Source: Deltaproteobacteria bacterium (lineage in GTDB: Bacteria > JAGRBM01 > JAHCIT01). From it: 64,000 nt of DNA. Below, piece by piece: positions 48,069 to 58,515 of this stretch. The stretch's first letter is position 1. The number at the start of each line of letters is the position of its first letter. The notes beneath the pieces are model-generated. The model had not been told where the DNA came from. It saw only the letters and a program-made list of their open reading frames with translations, and did no database searches. A program made the position numbers and the translations under genes. The DNA is taken from positions 310,245-374,244 of the forward strand of contig JAHCIT010000001.1 of assembly GCA_026129095.1 (NCBI GenBank), in the 5' to 3' direction.

Positions 48069-49371
48069 TGCGTAGCGCCTCCGCAGGCGTCAGCCGGCCC
48101 GCCTGAAGCGAGGGAAACAGGGCCGCCAGTGTGGTGACAAAAATCGGTGCCGCCACAACCCAGATCACGTCTTCGATACGGACCAGCAGTGGAAGATGAT
48201 CCATCTGATAGACGGCCGGATCTATCGGAATCAGATGGAAGGTCGACTCGACCCAGCAGAGGCCCAGACCAAGCACAAGCCCGGACAACGTTCCCACCAG
48301 ACCGATAAACGCGCCCGTATAGAGGAATACCCGCATGGTCTCCCGGTTTGTGGCGCCCATCGCTTTCAGGATGGCAATGTCATGCACCTTCTCCCGCACC
48401 AGGACAATCATCGAGCCGGCGATGTTGAAGCTGGCAACGATCACGATAATCAGGACAACAATGAACAACCCGAGCTTTTCCAGGGCGAGCGCCTTGAACA
48501 GGTCGCCAAAACTCTCCTCCCAGCTACGTGCCCGGAGCTGTGGCTTTTTCCAGTCAAGAAAGGCCCGCCGCATGATTTCACCGGCAACAGCACGGGCATT
48601 TTCCACGTTATCCACTCTGACCTGGATACCGGTGACATACCGCTCCTCGTCTGTCAGACCCGGATCGAAAAAGTCCTGCGCCACCGGAAGATCCACAAAT
48701 GCCAGCGTCGAATCGAATTCGATGAAACCCAGCTTGAATATGCCGACAACCACGAACTTCCTGGGCCGGGCTGTAGGGCCCGTGGGACCAATTCCGCATA
48801 AAGGGCAGATGACCGTGATCTCGTCACCGGTACTGACAAACAGGTTTTCGGCGAGCACGCTTCCCAGCACGATACCGGGCAGATCCTTCCGGCTTTCTAT
48901 GGAACGCCCGGCTGCGACCGAAACATTCTCCGTTCCGGTGCCTGTCAGATTCCGCAACGATCCGCTCCTCATGCGCTCGCTGAACAGGGCGGTCCTGGCG
49001 GCCAGTTCGGGAACAATGCCGAAAAGCTGAATACCGGCCACTTCATCGCCATTGGTGAGCATCGCGTCACGCTGAAAAAACGGCGAAACAGCCACGACGC
49101 CCGGAACAGCTTCGACCAGTTTGCGGGTCTCGTCCCAGTCTGGAAGCTGCAGCCGACTGTATGAGGATTCATAGGAAACAAGCACATGCGGCCGGGCCCC
49201 CAGCATCAGATCGCGCAGGTTTTTCATGAAACCTGCCATGACGGCCTGAACGATCAGAAGGGCCGCCACTCCCAGCGCCACCGACAGGATTCCAACAGAT
49301 GTCTGAAACGAAAAAGCAGCCCGCGAACGGCCAACCAGATACCGCCGGGCCACCCACCAGGTCCAGCTCAT
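48061..49371 (-). CDS. lolC: Lipoprotein-releasing ABC transporter permease (single LolC/E-type)
   Basis: ARRYL, GVAALLIVQAVMAGF, ALALEK, IAILKAMGA and P.EALR. Confidence 0.88.
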   Translation of the reverse strand: MSWTWWVARRYLVGRSRAAFSFQTSVGILSVALGVAALLIVQAVMAGFMKNLRDLMLGARPHVLVSYESSYSRLQLPDWDETRKLVEAVPGVVAVSPFFQRDAMLTNGDEVAGIQLFGIVPELAARTALFSERMRSGSLRNLTGTGTENVSVAAGRSIESRKDLPGIVLGSVLAENLFVSTGDEITVICPLCGIGPTGPTARPRKFVVVGIFKLGFIEFDSTLAFVDLPVAQDFFDPGLTDEERYVTGIQVRVDNVENARAVAGEIMRRAFLDWKKPQLRARSWEESFGDLFKALALEKLGLFIVVLIIVIVASFNIAGSMIVLVREKVHDIAILKAMGATNRETMRVFLYTGAFIGLVGTLSGLVLGLGLCWVESTFHLIPIDPAVYQMDHLPLLVRIEDVIWVVAAPIFVTTLAALFPSLQAGRLTPAEALRNE

Positions 49372-50919
49372 TCAGATCTCCCGGCTTTTCAGCAACGGGA
49401 ACAGGATAACGTCGCGGATCGATGGCTGGCCGGTAAGCAGCATAACCAGCCGGTCCACTCCTATCCCTTCCCCCGCCGTGGGCGGCAATCCGTATTCCAG
49501 CGCCCGGATATAGTCAGCATCGTAGTCCATCGTCTCTTCGTCGCCGCCTTCGCGTGACTTCAGCTGGTCTTCGAACCGGGCCCGCTGATCGTCGGCATCG
49601 TTCAGTTCGCTGAACCCATTGGCGATTTCCCGGCCGGTAATAAACAGTTCGAACCGGTCGCTGATCTCCGGATTCCGGTCATTCCGGCGCGAGAGCGGTG
49701 AAATCGCGGTTGGATACCCAGTGACAAAAGTCGGCTGGACAAGTGTAGGCTCTACCAGTTCTTCAAATGCAGCGCAGAGGCGCTCGGCTGGTCCCCGGGC
49801 GAAACATTCGGCAGCAAGCTTGCGCATCTGGGCCCGTATATCGCCCGGATTCGCATCCGGGCAGTGTCGCAGGGCGGTGGTTTCAAGCATGGCGACAAAA
49901 TCCGCTTCGGAAATCGCCGCCAGTTCGGCCAGCCCCTTGCCAGTCACCTCGCGAACGGCCTCCTCCATACCGATCCGTTTCCACGGTCTTGCAAAGCTGA
50001 TTTCCCGGCCCTGGTAAGTCAGATTTGTCCCGCCGTGCAGCTTTTCCACGAGCCCGGTAATGAGATCCTCCGTCAGGTCAATCAGGTCTTCGTAGGTTGC
50101 CCACGCCTGATAGAACTCGATCATCGTGAATTCGGGATTGTGCTGGGTACTGATGCCCTCGTTGCGGAAATTGCGGTTGATTTCGAACACCCGGTCGAAA
50201 CCGCCCACCACGAGCCGTTTCAGGTGCAGCTCTGGGGCTATCCGCAGAACAAGGTCCATGTCGAGGGTATTGTGGTGAGTACGGAACGGACGGGCCTTGG
50301 CACCAGTGACGAGCGTGTGCATCATCGGCGTTTCAACTTCAAGATAGCCGCGATTGATGAAGAAGCTGCGGATCCCGGTGACGATTTCCGATCGCTTGCG
50401 GAATACTTCCCGCGCCTCGTCGTTCACCATCAGGTCCAGATACCGCTGGCGGTAACGGATTTCGACATCAGTAAGGCCGTGCCACTTGTCCGGAAGCGGT
50501 CTCAGGCACTTGACCAGCAGGTTCAAGGTCTTGGCGCGAACCGTCAGTTCCCCGGTCTTGCTACGGAACAGTTCGCCTTCGATACCGGCAATGTCGCCGA
50601 TATCGAGCGACCGGGCACGGGCAAAACCGTCCTCACCCAGACCGGAGAGATCGGCAAAAAGCTGAATCTGGCCAGATGAATCACTCAGTGTATAAAATCC
50701 GCCCTTGCCGAATAAACGGACAGCCCGAATCCGCCCGGCAACGCTCACCCGGACGGGTGCAGCCGCAAGGGTCTCACCGGTAACGTCACGAAAACGGTCC
50801 TGGAGTTCTCCAGCACGATTGGCGGGTACAAAGCCGTTTGGATAGGCAGGCGCGGGTCCCTCGCGAAGCTGGTCGAGCTTTCTTCGCCGCTCGCGTATCT
50901 GGTCATTGTCCTGATCCAT
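49372..50919 (-). CDS. lysS: Lysine--tRNA ligase (class II)
   Basis: RYRQRYLDL, EVETPM, RNFRNEG, EIANGFSELND and GIGVDRL. Confidence 0.98.
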   Translation of the reverse strand: MDQDNDQIRERRRKLDQLREGPAPAYPNGFVPANRAGELQDRFRDVTGETLAAAPVRVSVAGRIRAVRLFGKGGFYTLSDSSGQIQLFADLSGLGEDGFARARSLDIGDIAGIEGELFRSKTGELTVRAKTLNLLVKCLRPLPDKWHGLTDVEIRYRQRYLDLMVNDEAREVFRKRSEIVTGIRSFFINRGYLEVETPMMHTLVTGAKARPFRTHHNTLDMDLVLRIAPELHLKRLVVGGFDRVFEINRNFRNEGISTQHNPEFTMIEFYQAWATYEDLIDLTEDLITGLVEKLHGGTNLTYQGREISFARPWKRIGMEEAVREVTGKGLAELAAISEADFVAMLETTALRHCPDANPGDIRAQMRKLAAECFARGPAERLCAAFEELVEPTLVQPTFVTGYPTAISPLSRRNDRNPEISDRFELFITGREIANGFSELNDADDQRARFEDQLKSREGGDEETMDYDADYIRALEYGLPPTAGEGIGVDRLVMLLTGQPSIRDVILFPLLKSREI

Positions 50920-51005
50920 GAATAAACGCCCAAGGTCTCCAAAAAACCCAATTTTTTCCGCAGGTTGCCGGGACCGTAGACGGATAGCCCCGCCGGAAAG
51001 CGCGG

Positions 51006-51034
51006 ACGTTATCCCTCACCCCCCAAGCGGTCAA
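51006..51034 (-). promoter_or_regulatory. Putative sigma70 promoter of lysS-lolCD-bamA
   Basis: Minus strand TTGACC-17-TAACGT. Confidence 0.55.
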
Positions 51035-51066
51035 GAACCCTTGAGAGCTGCGCCAAGGATGGCTAA

Positions 51067-51684
51067 ATGAAAGGCATGATCAGGCTCGAACTTCTTATCC
51101 CTGTTGTCGTGGCTCTTACTGGCTGCGGTCCATCCAACCCCAATCCCATCGATTTTGCCGCTCCACCAGACAAGACCATCCCGGTAAAGCTGGCCGCATC
51201 TCCAGCCGATTCCCAGACGTGGGCTGAACGCGACCTCACCCTTCCCGACGTCAGTGGCGGGAAATTCACGCTCTCGTCACTCAAGGGGAAATATGTACTG
51301 CTCGACTTCTGGGCGAGCTGGTGCGGGCCATGCATCAAGGCTATTCCACATCTGAACAAGCTGCAGGACCGCTTTCCCGGACAGCTTGAAGTCGTGGGAA
51401 TTTCGGTGGACGACGAGCCCCTGTCGTTCGTTCAAAAATTCGCACGTGACAACAAGATGAACTACCGGGTCCTTCACGGCGAGGACAAGCTCATCGACCG
51501 GTTTGGCCGCTCACGGGGCTTGCCTGTAGCTTTTCTGCTTGATCCCGAGGGCCGGGTGGTCCGCCGGTTCATTGGCGAGTATCCCGAGGACCGGCTTATC
51601 TCAGCCATTGCAGGTGTTATCCCGGCCAAGGAAGAGAAAAAGGATGAATCGGGTCCGCCCAGTGAAAGCCCCGACCCGCAATAA
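51067..51684 (+). CDS. TlpA-family thiol:disulfide oxidoreductase lipoprotein
   Basis: Lipobox LTGC and LLDFWASWCGPC. Confidence 0.88.
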   Translation: MKGMIRLELLIPVVVALTGCGPSNPNPIDFAAPPDKTIPVKLAASPADSQTWAERDLTLPDVSGGKFTLSSLKGKYVLLDFWASWCGPCIKAIPHLNKLQDRFPGQLEVVGISVDDEPLSFVQKFARDNKMNYRVLHGEDKLIDRFGRSRGLPVAFLLDPEGRVVRRFIGEYPEDRLISAIAGVIPAKEEKKDESGPPSESPDPQ

Positions 51685-51812
51685 TCCGTTCCACTGGCCA
51701 CCTCCTCGCAGCAGGCAAAACTTATGCGGTGACCCACGCTGCATCATCCTGATACATCTGTTTTTTCGTGCTGACAGTCCACAAATGAAAAGATACTATC
51801 CCGCTGTCTGCA

Positions 51813-53879
51813 ATGAATAGTGGTTCCATACGCAAGCGGGTAGAAGCGGCCGGGCGACAGTCGGTATTGTGGGGCTGTGTTGCAGCCATAATCCCGATTG
51901 GTTTTTCGCTGGCAGTCATCCTGACGCTTCATGGTTACGGCCTGCGTGAAACAGCCACCTCTATTCTCGCGGTAGCGGTGCTTTTCATCCTGTTCGCACC
52001 AATCAATCTGCGCAGACTTCACCGGGAAAACTCCGCACTGATCGGTACCCTCGAAACTCTGGGACGCGGAGAAACACCCTCGAATGAACTCGTCACCGAA
52101 GCCGTCCAGAAGGCTCGCTCGGCAGTCCTCCGGTTCCAGGTTCTTTCGACACTGGGCTGGCTCGCCGGGCTCGGGATTGGCTTCTGGCTGTTCCAGATGC
52201 AGGGGGATCTCACCCGGTTTTCCCTGACCATCTTCGTCTGCTGCTTCGCGGGCAGTTACCTGTTCACCCACGGACTGAGCTGGACGATCTACCGCCGCGC
52301 ATTTGCACCCTGCCTGTCAGAACTCGTCACCCATCTCGAGGAACAGGATGCAGCCCGGCTGGCCCCACTCACCGTTCGTATCAAAATTCTGATCGGTCTG
52401 CTGTCAGGACTCGGCATTTTCATTTCGGGCGCTGTCGCGCTGGTAGCCTACCACAGCCGGATAGAAACAGGATCAGTGGCGGCCACCGCACTCCGGCCCA
52501 CCGTAATGGCCGAGTCCGCCTGGCTCCAGTCAGGTGCCCTAGCGGCCGAAAGCCCATACCGCCCCCTGTGGCCAGACGCCAAATGGATCGTCATCGAACC
52601 CGACGGTTCTGCAAATCCCAAACCGGATTGGGATCGCATTGACCGCCGGCTTCGGGATAAAATCCTGGCTTCCAGCGGACAAACGGTTTTCAATACCGTT
52701 GTATTCAGGGAAATCGCAATCATGGCGCCGGCTGGACAGGGCCGCCGGGTGGCAGCGGTTTTGCCCCGGGGTAGCCTCAAATCAGACGCAACCTCCACCC
52801 AGGCAGCTTCCGGAGCCATCATTCTCCTCGTGATTCTGGCTGTTGGGTTTCATACCTTTGTCGTCATCCGCGACGTGACTGAGCCGTTCGGAAGCCTGCG
52901 CCGTCTCGCGGCCAGAATTGCGGCCGGCGATCTCCGGCCGGATCCGGTGCCCTATGCCGACGATGAAACCGGTATTCTGCTGGTCCAGTTTGATCGTGCC
53001 GCTCGCAAGCTTTCCGAAGCGATCGAGTCATCCCAGAATCTCGCACGATCGGTGGCAGCCGCAACGGAGGAGCTGGCCTCCACCGCTGTGACGTTTGTCA
53101 GCTGGAGCGAGGAGGTTCGTGGCCATTCATCAAGAGCCGGAGGAATGCTGGACCAGATCGCGGCGGGCTCGGCTGACGTCAGCACACTGGTGAAGTCCAC
53201 ACGCACAGAGACTGAAACCGCCGCCCGGGAAGCCGGTGGCAGCGAACAGGAACTCGAGGCAAGTTCCCAGGGCCTGATCCAGCTCGGACAGGCGCTGGCG
53301 CAGGTATTCTCCAGAATTGAGGATCTCTCGAACCGCAGCGCCCATATCTCCGGAATCGTTGATGTCATCCGCGAAATCACTGCACAGACGAACCTTCTCA
53401 GCCTGAACGCCGCCATTGAAGCGGCCCGGGCAGGCGAGCACGGCCGCGGATTTTCAGTCGTGGCGGACGAAATCAGGAAACTGGCTGACCGGGCCAGCAC
53501 CAGCGCCGCCGAGATCAACACCATTATCCAGCAGGTAACCGAAACCGGACAAACCGCATCCCGGCTGGTGCAAGGCGCCCGTGAAGATTTCTCTGGCCGG
53601 CAGGAGACCGTCCGGCAAACTGCTGACCGGTTTCATGGAATTACCCGGACATTCGTAGATGCCGGCCGGGCGTTCCAGAAACTGGATGATCTGGTAGCCG
53701 AGCATGTCAGGCTGTCGCTGGAGTCGGCTTCGGCCTTGCAGAATATCGTGCAAACCCAGGCCGAGCAGACCACGGCCGCCGAACAGCTCCGTGCCACAGC
53801 CACCGAACTCACACGGATGGCCGAAAACCTCTCCCGGCTTCTCATGGCCTTCCAGATCGGAACGAAAAAGAAACGGTAA
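51813..53879 (+). CDS. Methyl-accepting chemotaxis protein with extended multi-TM N-terminus
   Basis: About 6 TM segments, an extracytoplasmic domain, HAMP and [34 protein letters not shown]. Confidence 0.9.
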   Translation: MNSGSIRKRVEAAGRQSVLWGCVAAIIPIGFSLAVILTLHGYGLRETATSILAVAVLFILFAPINLRRLHRENSALIGTLETLGRGETPSNELVTEAVQKARSAVLRFQVLSTLGWLAGLGIGFWLFQMQGDLTRFSLTIFVCCFAGSYLFTHGLSWTIYRRAFAPCLSELVTHLEEQDAARLAPLTVRIKILIGLLSGLGIFISGAVALVAYHSRIETGSVAATALRPTVMAESAWLQSGALAAESPYRPLWPDAKWIVIEPDGSANPKPDWDRIDRRLRDKILASSGQTVFNTVVFREIAIMAPAGQGRRVAAVLPRGSLKSDATSTQAASGAIILLVILAVGFHTFVVIRDVTEPFGSLRRLAARIAAGDLRPDPVPYADDETGILLVQFDRAARKLSEAIESSQNLARSVAAATEELASTAVTFVSWSEEVRGHSSRAGGMLDQIAAGSADVSTLVKSTRTETETAAREAGGSEQELEASSQGLIQLGQALAQVFSRIEDLSNRSAHISGIVDVIREITAQTNLLSLNAAIEAARAGEHGRGFSVVADEIRKLADRASTSAAEINTIIQQVTETGQTASRLVQGAREDFSGRQETVRQTADRFHGITRTFVDAGRAFQKLDDLVAEHVRLSLESASALQNIVQTQAEQTTAAEQLRATATELTRMAENLSRLLMAFQIGTKKKR

Positions 53880-53882
53880 CCC

Positions 53883-55799
53883 TTACCCGTCCTGCTCCAG
53901 ATACGTATAACCTGCCAGTCCGCGGTCATAATGGCTGATGAGTTGGCGGGCTTCCTCAAAAGTAATTCGGCCGTCCCTCAGGGCCATTTCGGTAGCATCA
54001 CGCATCATGTTAACCAGCTGGGACTTGTCGTACTCGACATAGGACAGAACGTCAGTCACGGAATCGCCCTGTACCACATGCCCGATGGTGTAGCTGGAAT
54101 CGTCATTCACCTTGACATGCACGGCATTAGTATCGCCGAAAAGATTGTGCAGATCGCCGAGTATCTCCTGATACGCACCTACGAGGAACACTCCCAGATA
54201 GTAAGGCTCACCAGGCTTGAAGCGGTGCAGTTCGAGGAAATGCTTGGTGTCGTGGGGATCGATAAACTCATCAATTTTCCCGTCAGAATCACAGGTAAGA
54301 TCTGCAATCGTTCCGCGCCGTGAGGGTTTCTCATTCAGCCGGTGGATAGGCATGATCGGGAAAAGCTGGTCCACAGCCCAGTGGTCCGGTATCGACTGGA
54401 AAATGGAGAAATTGCAGAAATAGGTATCCGTGAGCAGGTTTCTTACATTCTCCAGTTCGTCGGGAATCTTCTCCACCTCATCCAGAATCTTCAGGAACTT
54501 CTTCGTGCAGGAAGCCATGTACTGCTCTGCCAGCGCCCGGGTTTTCAGGTCGATCCGGCCGCGCGAGAAGTCGGTGGCGATGTCTTCTCTCAGCACCAGA
54601 AGATCGTTGTACAGTTCCTGGTAGTTCCGGTGAGAAAGGTTTTTCAGGATGTTCCACAGTTCCTGGATGGGAGCGGGGGCGTCCTTTGGCGGCTCAGGCT
54701 GCTCATCCGGTGGCTGGAGTTCATTCACTCCGAGCACATCGAACACCAGCATGGCATGGTGCGCCACCAGCGCACGGCCGGATTCGCTGAGCAGCGTGGG
54801 ATGCGGAACATGCCGCTCGTCGCAGTAGGTCCCTACTTCAGAAACGATATCGTTGGCATACTCCTGCAGGGAGTAGTTCTTGGATGAATGGAAATTCGAT
54901 CGTGAGCCGTCATAGTCGATAGCAAGTCCGCCGCCCACGTCCAGATACTTCAGATTGGCACCCATCTTGTGCAGGTCACAGAAGACAATCGATGCCTCGC
55001 GAACCGCATCCCGGATGGCGCGGATATGCGTGATCTGGCTGCCGATATGGAAATGAAGAAGCTGCAGGCAGTCGAGCATCTTCTCCTTTTCGAGCAGTTC
55101 CACCAGCTTCACCATTTCGCTGGCATTGAGACCGAACTTGGACCGCTCCCCGGTCGATTCATTCCACTTCCCCGCTCCGCGGGCATTCAGCTTTACCCGC
55201 GCACCGATCAGTGGCCGGACGCCGATCCGCCTGGAAACTGCGATCACCTCGGCTGCTTCGGCGAACCGGTCCAGAACGATGAATGGCTTTCTTCCCAGCT
55301 TTTGTGCCAGCAGGGCCGTCTCGATGTATTCGCTGTCCTTGTACCCATTGCAGACGATTACGGCCTCGGGATCGTTCATGAACGCCAGCACGATAAGCAG
55401 TTCCGGCTTGGAACCTGCCTCCAGTCCCAAATTGTACGGGCGGCCATACTGCACGAGTTCCTCAATCACATGCCGTTGCTGGTTCACTTTCACCGGCATG
55501 ATCGGCCGATAGCTGCTTTTGTAGTTATAGGTCTCGATCGATTTCTGGAATGCCCGGCTGAGACGGCTCACCCGGTCGTTCAGTACGTCCGAGAAACGGA
55601 GCAGAAGCGGTGTCGTCAGCCCCCGGCGGCTGATATCATCCGTCATGGCCCGAAGATCTGCCCGGGGGCCATTTGGTCCCCGCGGGTGTACGAAGAGATT
55701 CCCGTTATCACCGATGCTGAAGTAGCTGGCTCCCCAGTTCTCGACTCCGTAAAGTTCTGCGCTGTCACGCACCGTCCAGGGACGAAGGTCCTTGGCCAC
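53883..55799 (-). CDS. speA: Biosynthetic arginine decarboxylase
   Basis: PVKVNQ, GLEAGSKPEL, HFHIGSQI, LTCDSDG and GAYQEILGDLHNLFG. GTG start after AAGGAG. Confidence 0.96.
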   Translation of the reverse strand: MAKDLRPWTVRDSAELYGVENWGASYFSIGDNGNLFVHPRGPNGPRADLRAMTDDISRRGLTTPLLLRFSDVLNDRVSRLSRAFQKSIETYNYKSSYRPIMPVKVNQQRHVIEELVQYGRPYNLGLEAGSKPELLIVLAFMNDPEAVIVCNGYKDSEYIETALLAQKLGRKPFIVLDRFAEAAEVIAVSRRIGVRPLIGARVKLNARGAGKWNESTGERSKFGLNASEMVKLVELLEKEKMLDCLQLLHFHIGSQITHIRAIRDAVREASIVFCDLHKMGANLKYLDVGGGLAIDYDGSRSNFHSSKNYSLQEYANDIVSEVGTYCDERHVPHPTLLSESGRALVAHHAMLVFDVLGVNELQPPDEQPEPPKDAPAPIQELWNILKNLSHRNYQELYNDLLVLREDIATDFSRGRIDLKTRALAEQYMASCTKKFLKILDEVEKIPDELENVRNLLTDTYFCNFSIFQSIPDHWAVDQLFPIMPIHRLNEKPSRRGTIADLTCDSDGKIDEFIDPHDTKHFLELHRFKPGEPYYLGVFLVGAYQEILGDLHNLFGDTNAVHVKVNDDSSYTIGHVVQGDSVTDVLSYVEYDKSQLVNMMRDATEMALRDGRITFEEARQLISHYDRGLAGYTYLEQDG

Positions 55800-56132
55800 C
55801 TTGTTCGCTCCTTTTCGGAACCACCCTAGTCCTTGAAGGATGGCCTTCCGGCCGGATGCTCAACGGGTCCGGCAAGCGCGTGATTGAATACGAAGCGAAG
55901 CAGCTAGGCAACAGGGGGTCCCCGTCCGGCGGGTCCTAGATATTTCCAAGAACAGCCGTCCAGTAATTTGTAAAAATCCCGTAAAACCCGGCCGAATGCC
56001 ACTATAAAGCCGAATTTGGCTTTTACAGAACTAGCACAGTCAGCCCATTTCAACCCCGCTATTATCTCTGGTCGCGGCCGCAGATTCTGGCCCAATACAA
56101 CGGGCCAGACCGGCGCAAACGCCTCACGGCAT

Positions 56133-57164
56133 ATGGAAAGAGAGCCAATTCGACCGATGATCCCCGAAACCAGCACCACCCCGGCTTCCACATCCGGACA
56201 TACTCCTTCGCCTTCTTCTGCCGCCTCGAAAGCCACTCGCCCGGCCGTCAAGTCGCCGGCCTGGTTTCGCGGAAACCTGGCGGCTCACGCCATGATGGTT
56301 GTGCCCTTTGCAGCCATGCATCTCATCGCCATCTTCGGTGCCTGGCATGTAGGATTCCGCTGGGAATGGCTGGCTGTCGCCATAGGTTTTTTCTATCTGC
56401 GCATGTTTGGCATTACCGCCGGCTATCACCGCTACTTCTCGCACCGTTCCTTTGAAACCTCACGTTGGTTCGCGTTTGTACTCGCATTCCTGGGATCAAG
56501 CGCCGCACAAAAGGGCGTCATCTGGTGGGCAGGGCATCACCGCGACCACCACAAGTATTCCGACCAGACCGAAGACATCCATTCGCCGGTCCAGAAGGGT
56601 TTCTGGCAATCACATGTGGGATGGATCCTGGGCGCCGAATATGACGGCGTGAAATGGCACAACATGAAGGATTTCGCCCAGTATCCGGAAATCCGTTTTA
56701 TCCAGAACTACTGGCTCATTACGCCGGTTTCGTGGGGCGTTCTGTTTTTCTATATCGGCGGCTGGCCACTGCTCGTATGGGGACTCTTCGTGTCGACCGT
56801 GGCGCTTTACCACGCGACATTCACCATCAATTCGCTTTCACACGTTTTTGGCAAGCGCCGGTACAAGACAACCGACACCAGCCGGAACAACTGGATGCTG
56901 GCACTGCTTACCATGGGCGAAGGCTGGCACAACAACCACCACTACTACCAGGCCAGCGTCCGGCAGGGCTTCTACTGGTGGGAAATCGACATGTCCTACA
57001 TGATCCTGAAAGTACTTTCCTGGTTCGGGATCGTCTGGAACCTGAAGGTTCCGCCCGAGCGGGTTCTCAATCAGAACCGTTACACCGCTGATGAACTGGC
57101 CGCATGGCGACAGGATTCGGTCCTGACTGCTCCGGCCATACCCGCCCCGGTAGAAGCGAACTAG
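56133..57164 (+). CDS. Membrane fatty acyl(-CoA) desaturase, delta-9 type
   Basis: His boxes HRYFSH, HRDHH and GEGWHNNHH. Alternative start 56157. Confidence 0.92.
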   Translation: MEREPIRPMIPETSTTPASTSGHTPSPSSAASKATRPAVKSPAWFRGNLAAHAMMVVPFAAMHLIAIFGAWHVGFRWEWLAVAIGFFYLRMFGITAGYHRYFSHRSFETSRWFAFVLAFLGSSAAQKGVIWWAGHHRDHHKYSDQTEDIHSPVQKGFWQSHVGWILGAEYDGVKWHNMKDFAQYPEIRFIQNYWLITPVSWGVLFFYIGGWPLLVWGLFVSTVALYHATFTINSLSHVFGKRRYKTTDTSRNNWMLALLTMGEGWHNNHHYYQASVRQGFYWWEIDMSYMILKVLSWFGIVWNLKVPPERVLNQNRYTADELAAWRQDSVLTAPAIPAPVEAN

Positions 57165-57190
57165 AGCCAGGAACGCCGGAAAGGGCCCTG

Positions 57191-57228
57191 GAAACAGGAT
57201 CGCCCATCAGGAAGGGTGGTCCTGTTTC
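57191..57228 (+). terminator. 15-bp hairpin after the desaturase gene (terminator or stabiliser)
   Basis: GAAACAGGATCGCCC-ATCAGGAA-GGGTGGTCCTGTTTC with two G-U pairs; weak U-tract. Confidence 0.5.
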
Positions 57229-57281
57229 ATTGCCACTTGCTGTTTGCACCGGCCTTGCGAGGCGTTTATGAACAGGCCCCG

Positions 57282-58514
57282 ATGATCAGCACCGCTCCAG
57301 ACTACCGGTGGCCAGAGGCGGGTTCTTCCCGTATTCCATACTGGATCTATTCCGACCCGGCTATTTATGCCCGGGAGCAGGAACGCCTGTTCAGCGGTTC
57401 AAGCTGGAACTACATCGGCTTTGAAAGCGAGATCCCGGCCCCGGGCGACTTCAAACGGACCTTCGTCGGCGAGCGGTCTGTTGTCGCAGCCCGCGACCGG
57501 GACGGCCATATCCACGTTTTCCTCAACACATGTGCCCACCGGGGTGTCCAGTTCTGCCGCCACTCGCACGGTAACGCCAAAAGCTTCGTCTGCCCCTATC
57601 ACCAGTGGGTTTACGACCTGAAGGGCAACCTGGTGGGTGTCCCTTTTCGTAAGGGCGTGCAAGGACAGGGCGGAATGCCGGAAGATTTCGACCTCGCCAG
57701 CCATGGGCTCGTGAAGCTCAAGGCGGAAACCGTCAATGGAGCCATTTTCGCCACCTTTGACCAGCGGATGGTTCCATTCCGGGACTATCTGGGTGACTCC
57801 ATGTACCACTATTTCACGCGGGTATTCGACGGCCGAGGCATTCGTGTGCTTGGCTATGCCCGCCAGATCATCCCCTGCAACTGGAAACTGATGTTTGAGA
57901 ACATCAAGGATCCCTACCACGCCAGCCTGCTTCATGTGTTTCTGGTGACGTTCGGACTGTTCCGGGCTGACCAGAAATCGGACGTGAAACTGGACCCGAC
58001 CGGCCGCCATGCAGTTCTCGTCTCCCGCAAGGGCGAGCAGAAAGCCACCGAAGGCACTGCCGAGATGCGATCGTTCAAGGCGGACTACAAGCTGGAAGAC
58101 CCGCGCCTGCTGGATCCGGTAAAGGAGTTTCCCGACGATGCCACAGTGGTCATGCAGACACTTTTCCCGAACGTGATTGTCCAGCAGCAGTCCAACACGC
58201 TTGCCACCCGGCAGATCATTCCCAGGGGCCCGGACCGCTTCGAACTGGTCTGGACATATTTCGCCTATACCACCGATGACGAGGCAATGGTACGTCGCCG
58301 GCTGCGACAGGCCAATCTGATGGGACCGGCGGGACTTGTATCCGTTGATGATGGCGAGGTTCTGGAGTTCACCCAGGACGGCGTGAAGGCAAACCCCACT
58401 ATGAACGGCATTCTGGAAATGGGCGGGCGCGACCGGGCCGACACGGCCCACATGGTCACCGAAGCGGCCATACGGGGATTCTACGACTACTACCGGGAAG
58501 TGATGGGACTCTGA
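57282..58514 (+). CDS. nagG: Rieske ring-hydroxylating oxygenase alpha subunit, salicylate hydroxylase (NagG-like) clade
   Basis: Rieske CAHRG..CPYH, iron ligands ENIKDPYHASLLH, ANLMGPAG.VS.DDGE and HMVTE..IRG.YDY. The symbol rests on remembered similarity; the substrate is unproven. Confidence 0.78.
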   Translation: MISTAPDYRWPEAGSSRIPYWIYSDPAIYAREQERLFSGSSWNYIGFESEIPAPGDFKRTFVGERSVVAARDRDGHIHVFLNTCAHRGVQFCRHSHGNAKSFVCPYHQWVYDLKGNLVGVPFRKGVQGQGGMPEDFDLASHGLVKLKAETVNGAIFATFDQRMVPFRDYLGDSMYHYFTRVFDGRGIRVLGYARQIIPCNWKLMFENIKDPYHASLLHVFLVTFGLFRADQKSDVKLDPTGRHAVLVSRKGEQKATEGTAEMRSFKADYKLEDPRLLDPVKEFPDDATVVMQTLFPNVIVQQQSNTLATRQIIPRGPDRFELVWTYFAYTTDDEAMVRRRLRQANLMGPAGLVSVDDGEVLEFTQDGVKANPTMNGILEMGGRDRADTAHMVTEAAIRGFYDYYREVMGL

Positions 58515-58515
58515 C

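Noticed and set aside
51695-51712. Possible sigma54 promoter before the second MCP (GG-N10-GC)
   Set aside because: Flanks deviate from TGGCAC/TTGC; a chance match is likely in GC-rich DNA.
55800-55940. Polyamine-responsive riboswitch in the speA leader
   Set aside because: Only short GC-rich hairpins, with no recognisable aptamer or leader peptide.
57191-57228. Shared AAACAGG/CCTGTTT arms with the 5632-5664 hairpin as a REP-like family
   Set aside because: Only 7-8 nt are shared, the arm order is inverted and there are just two copies.
57399-58451. 350-aa ORF antisense to the Rieske alpha subunit
   Set aside because: Shadow ORF of a well-supported gene.
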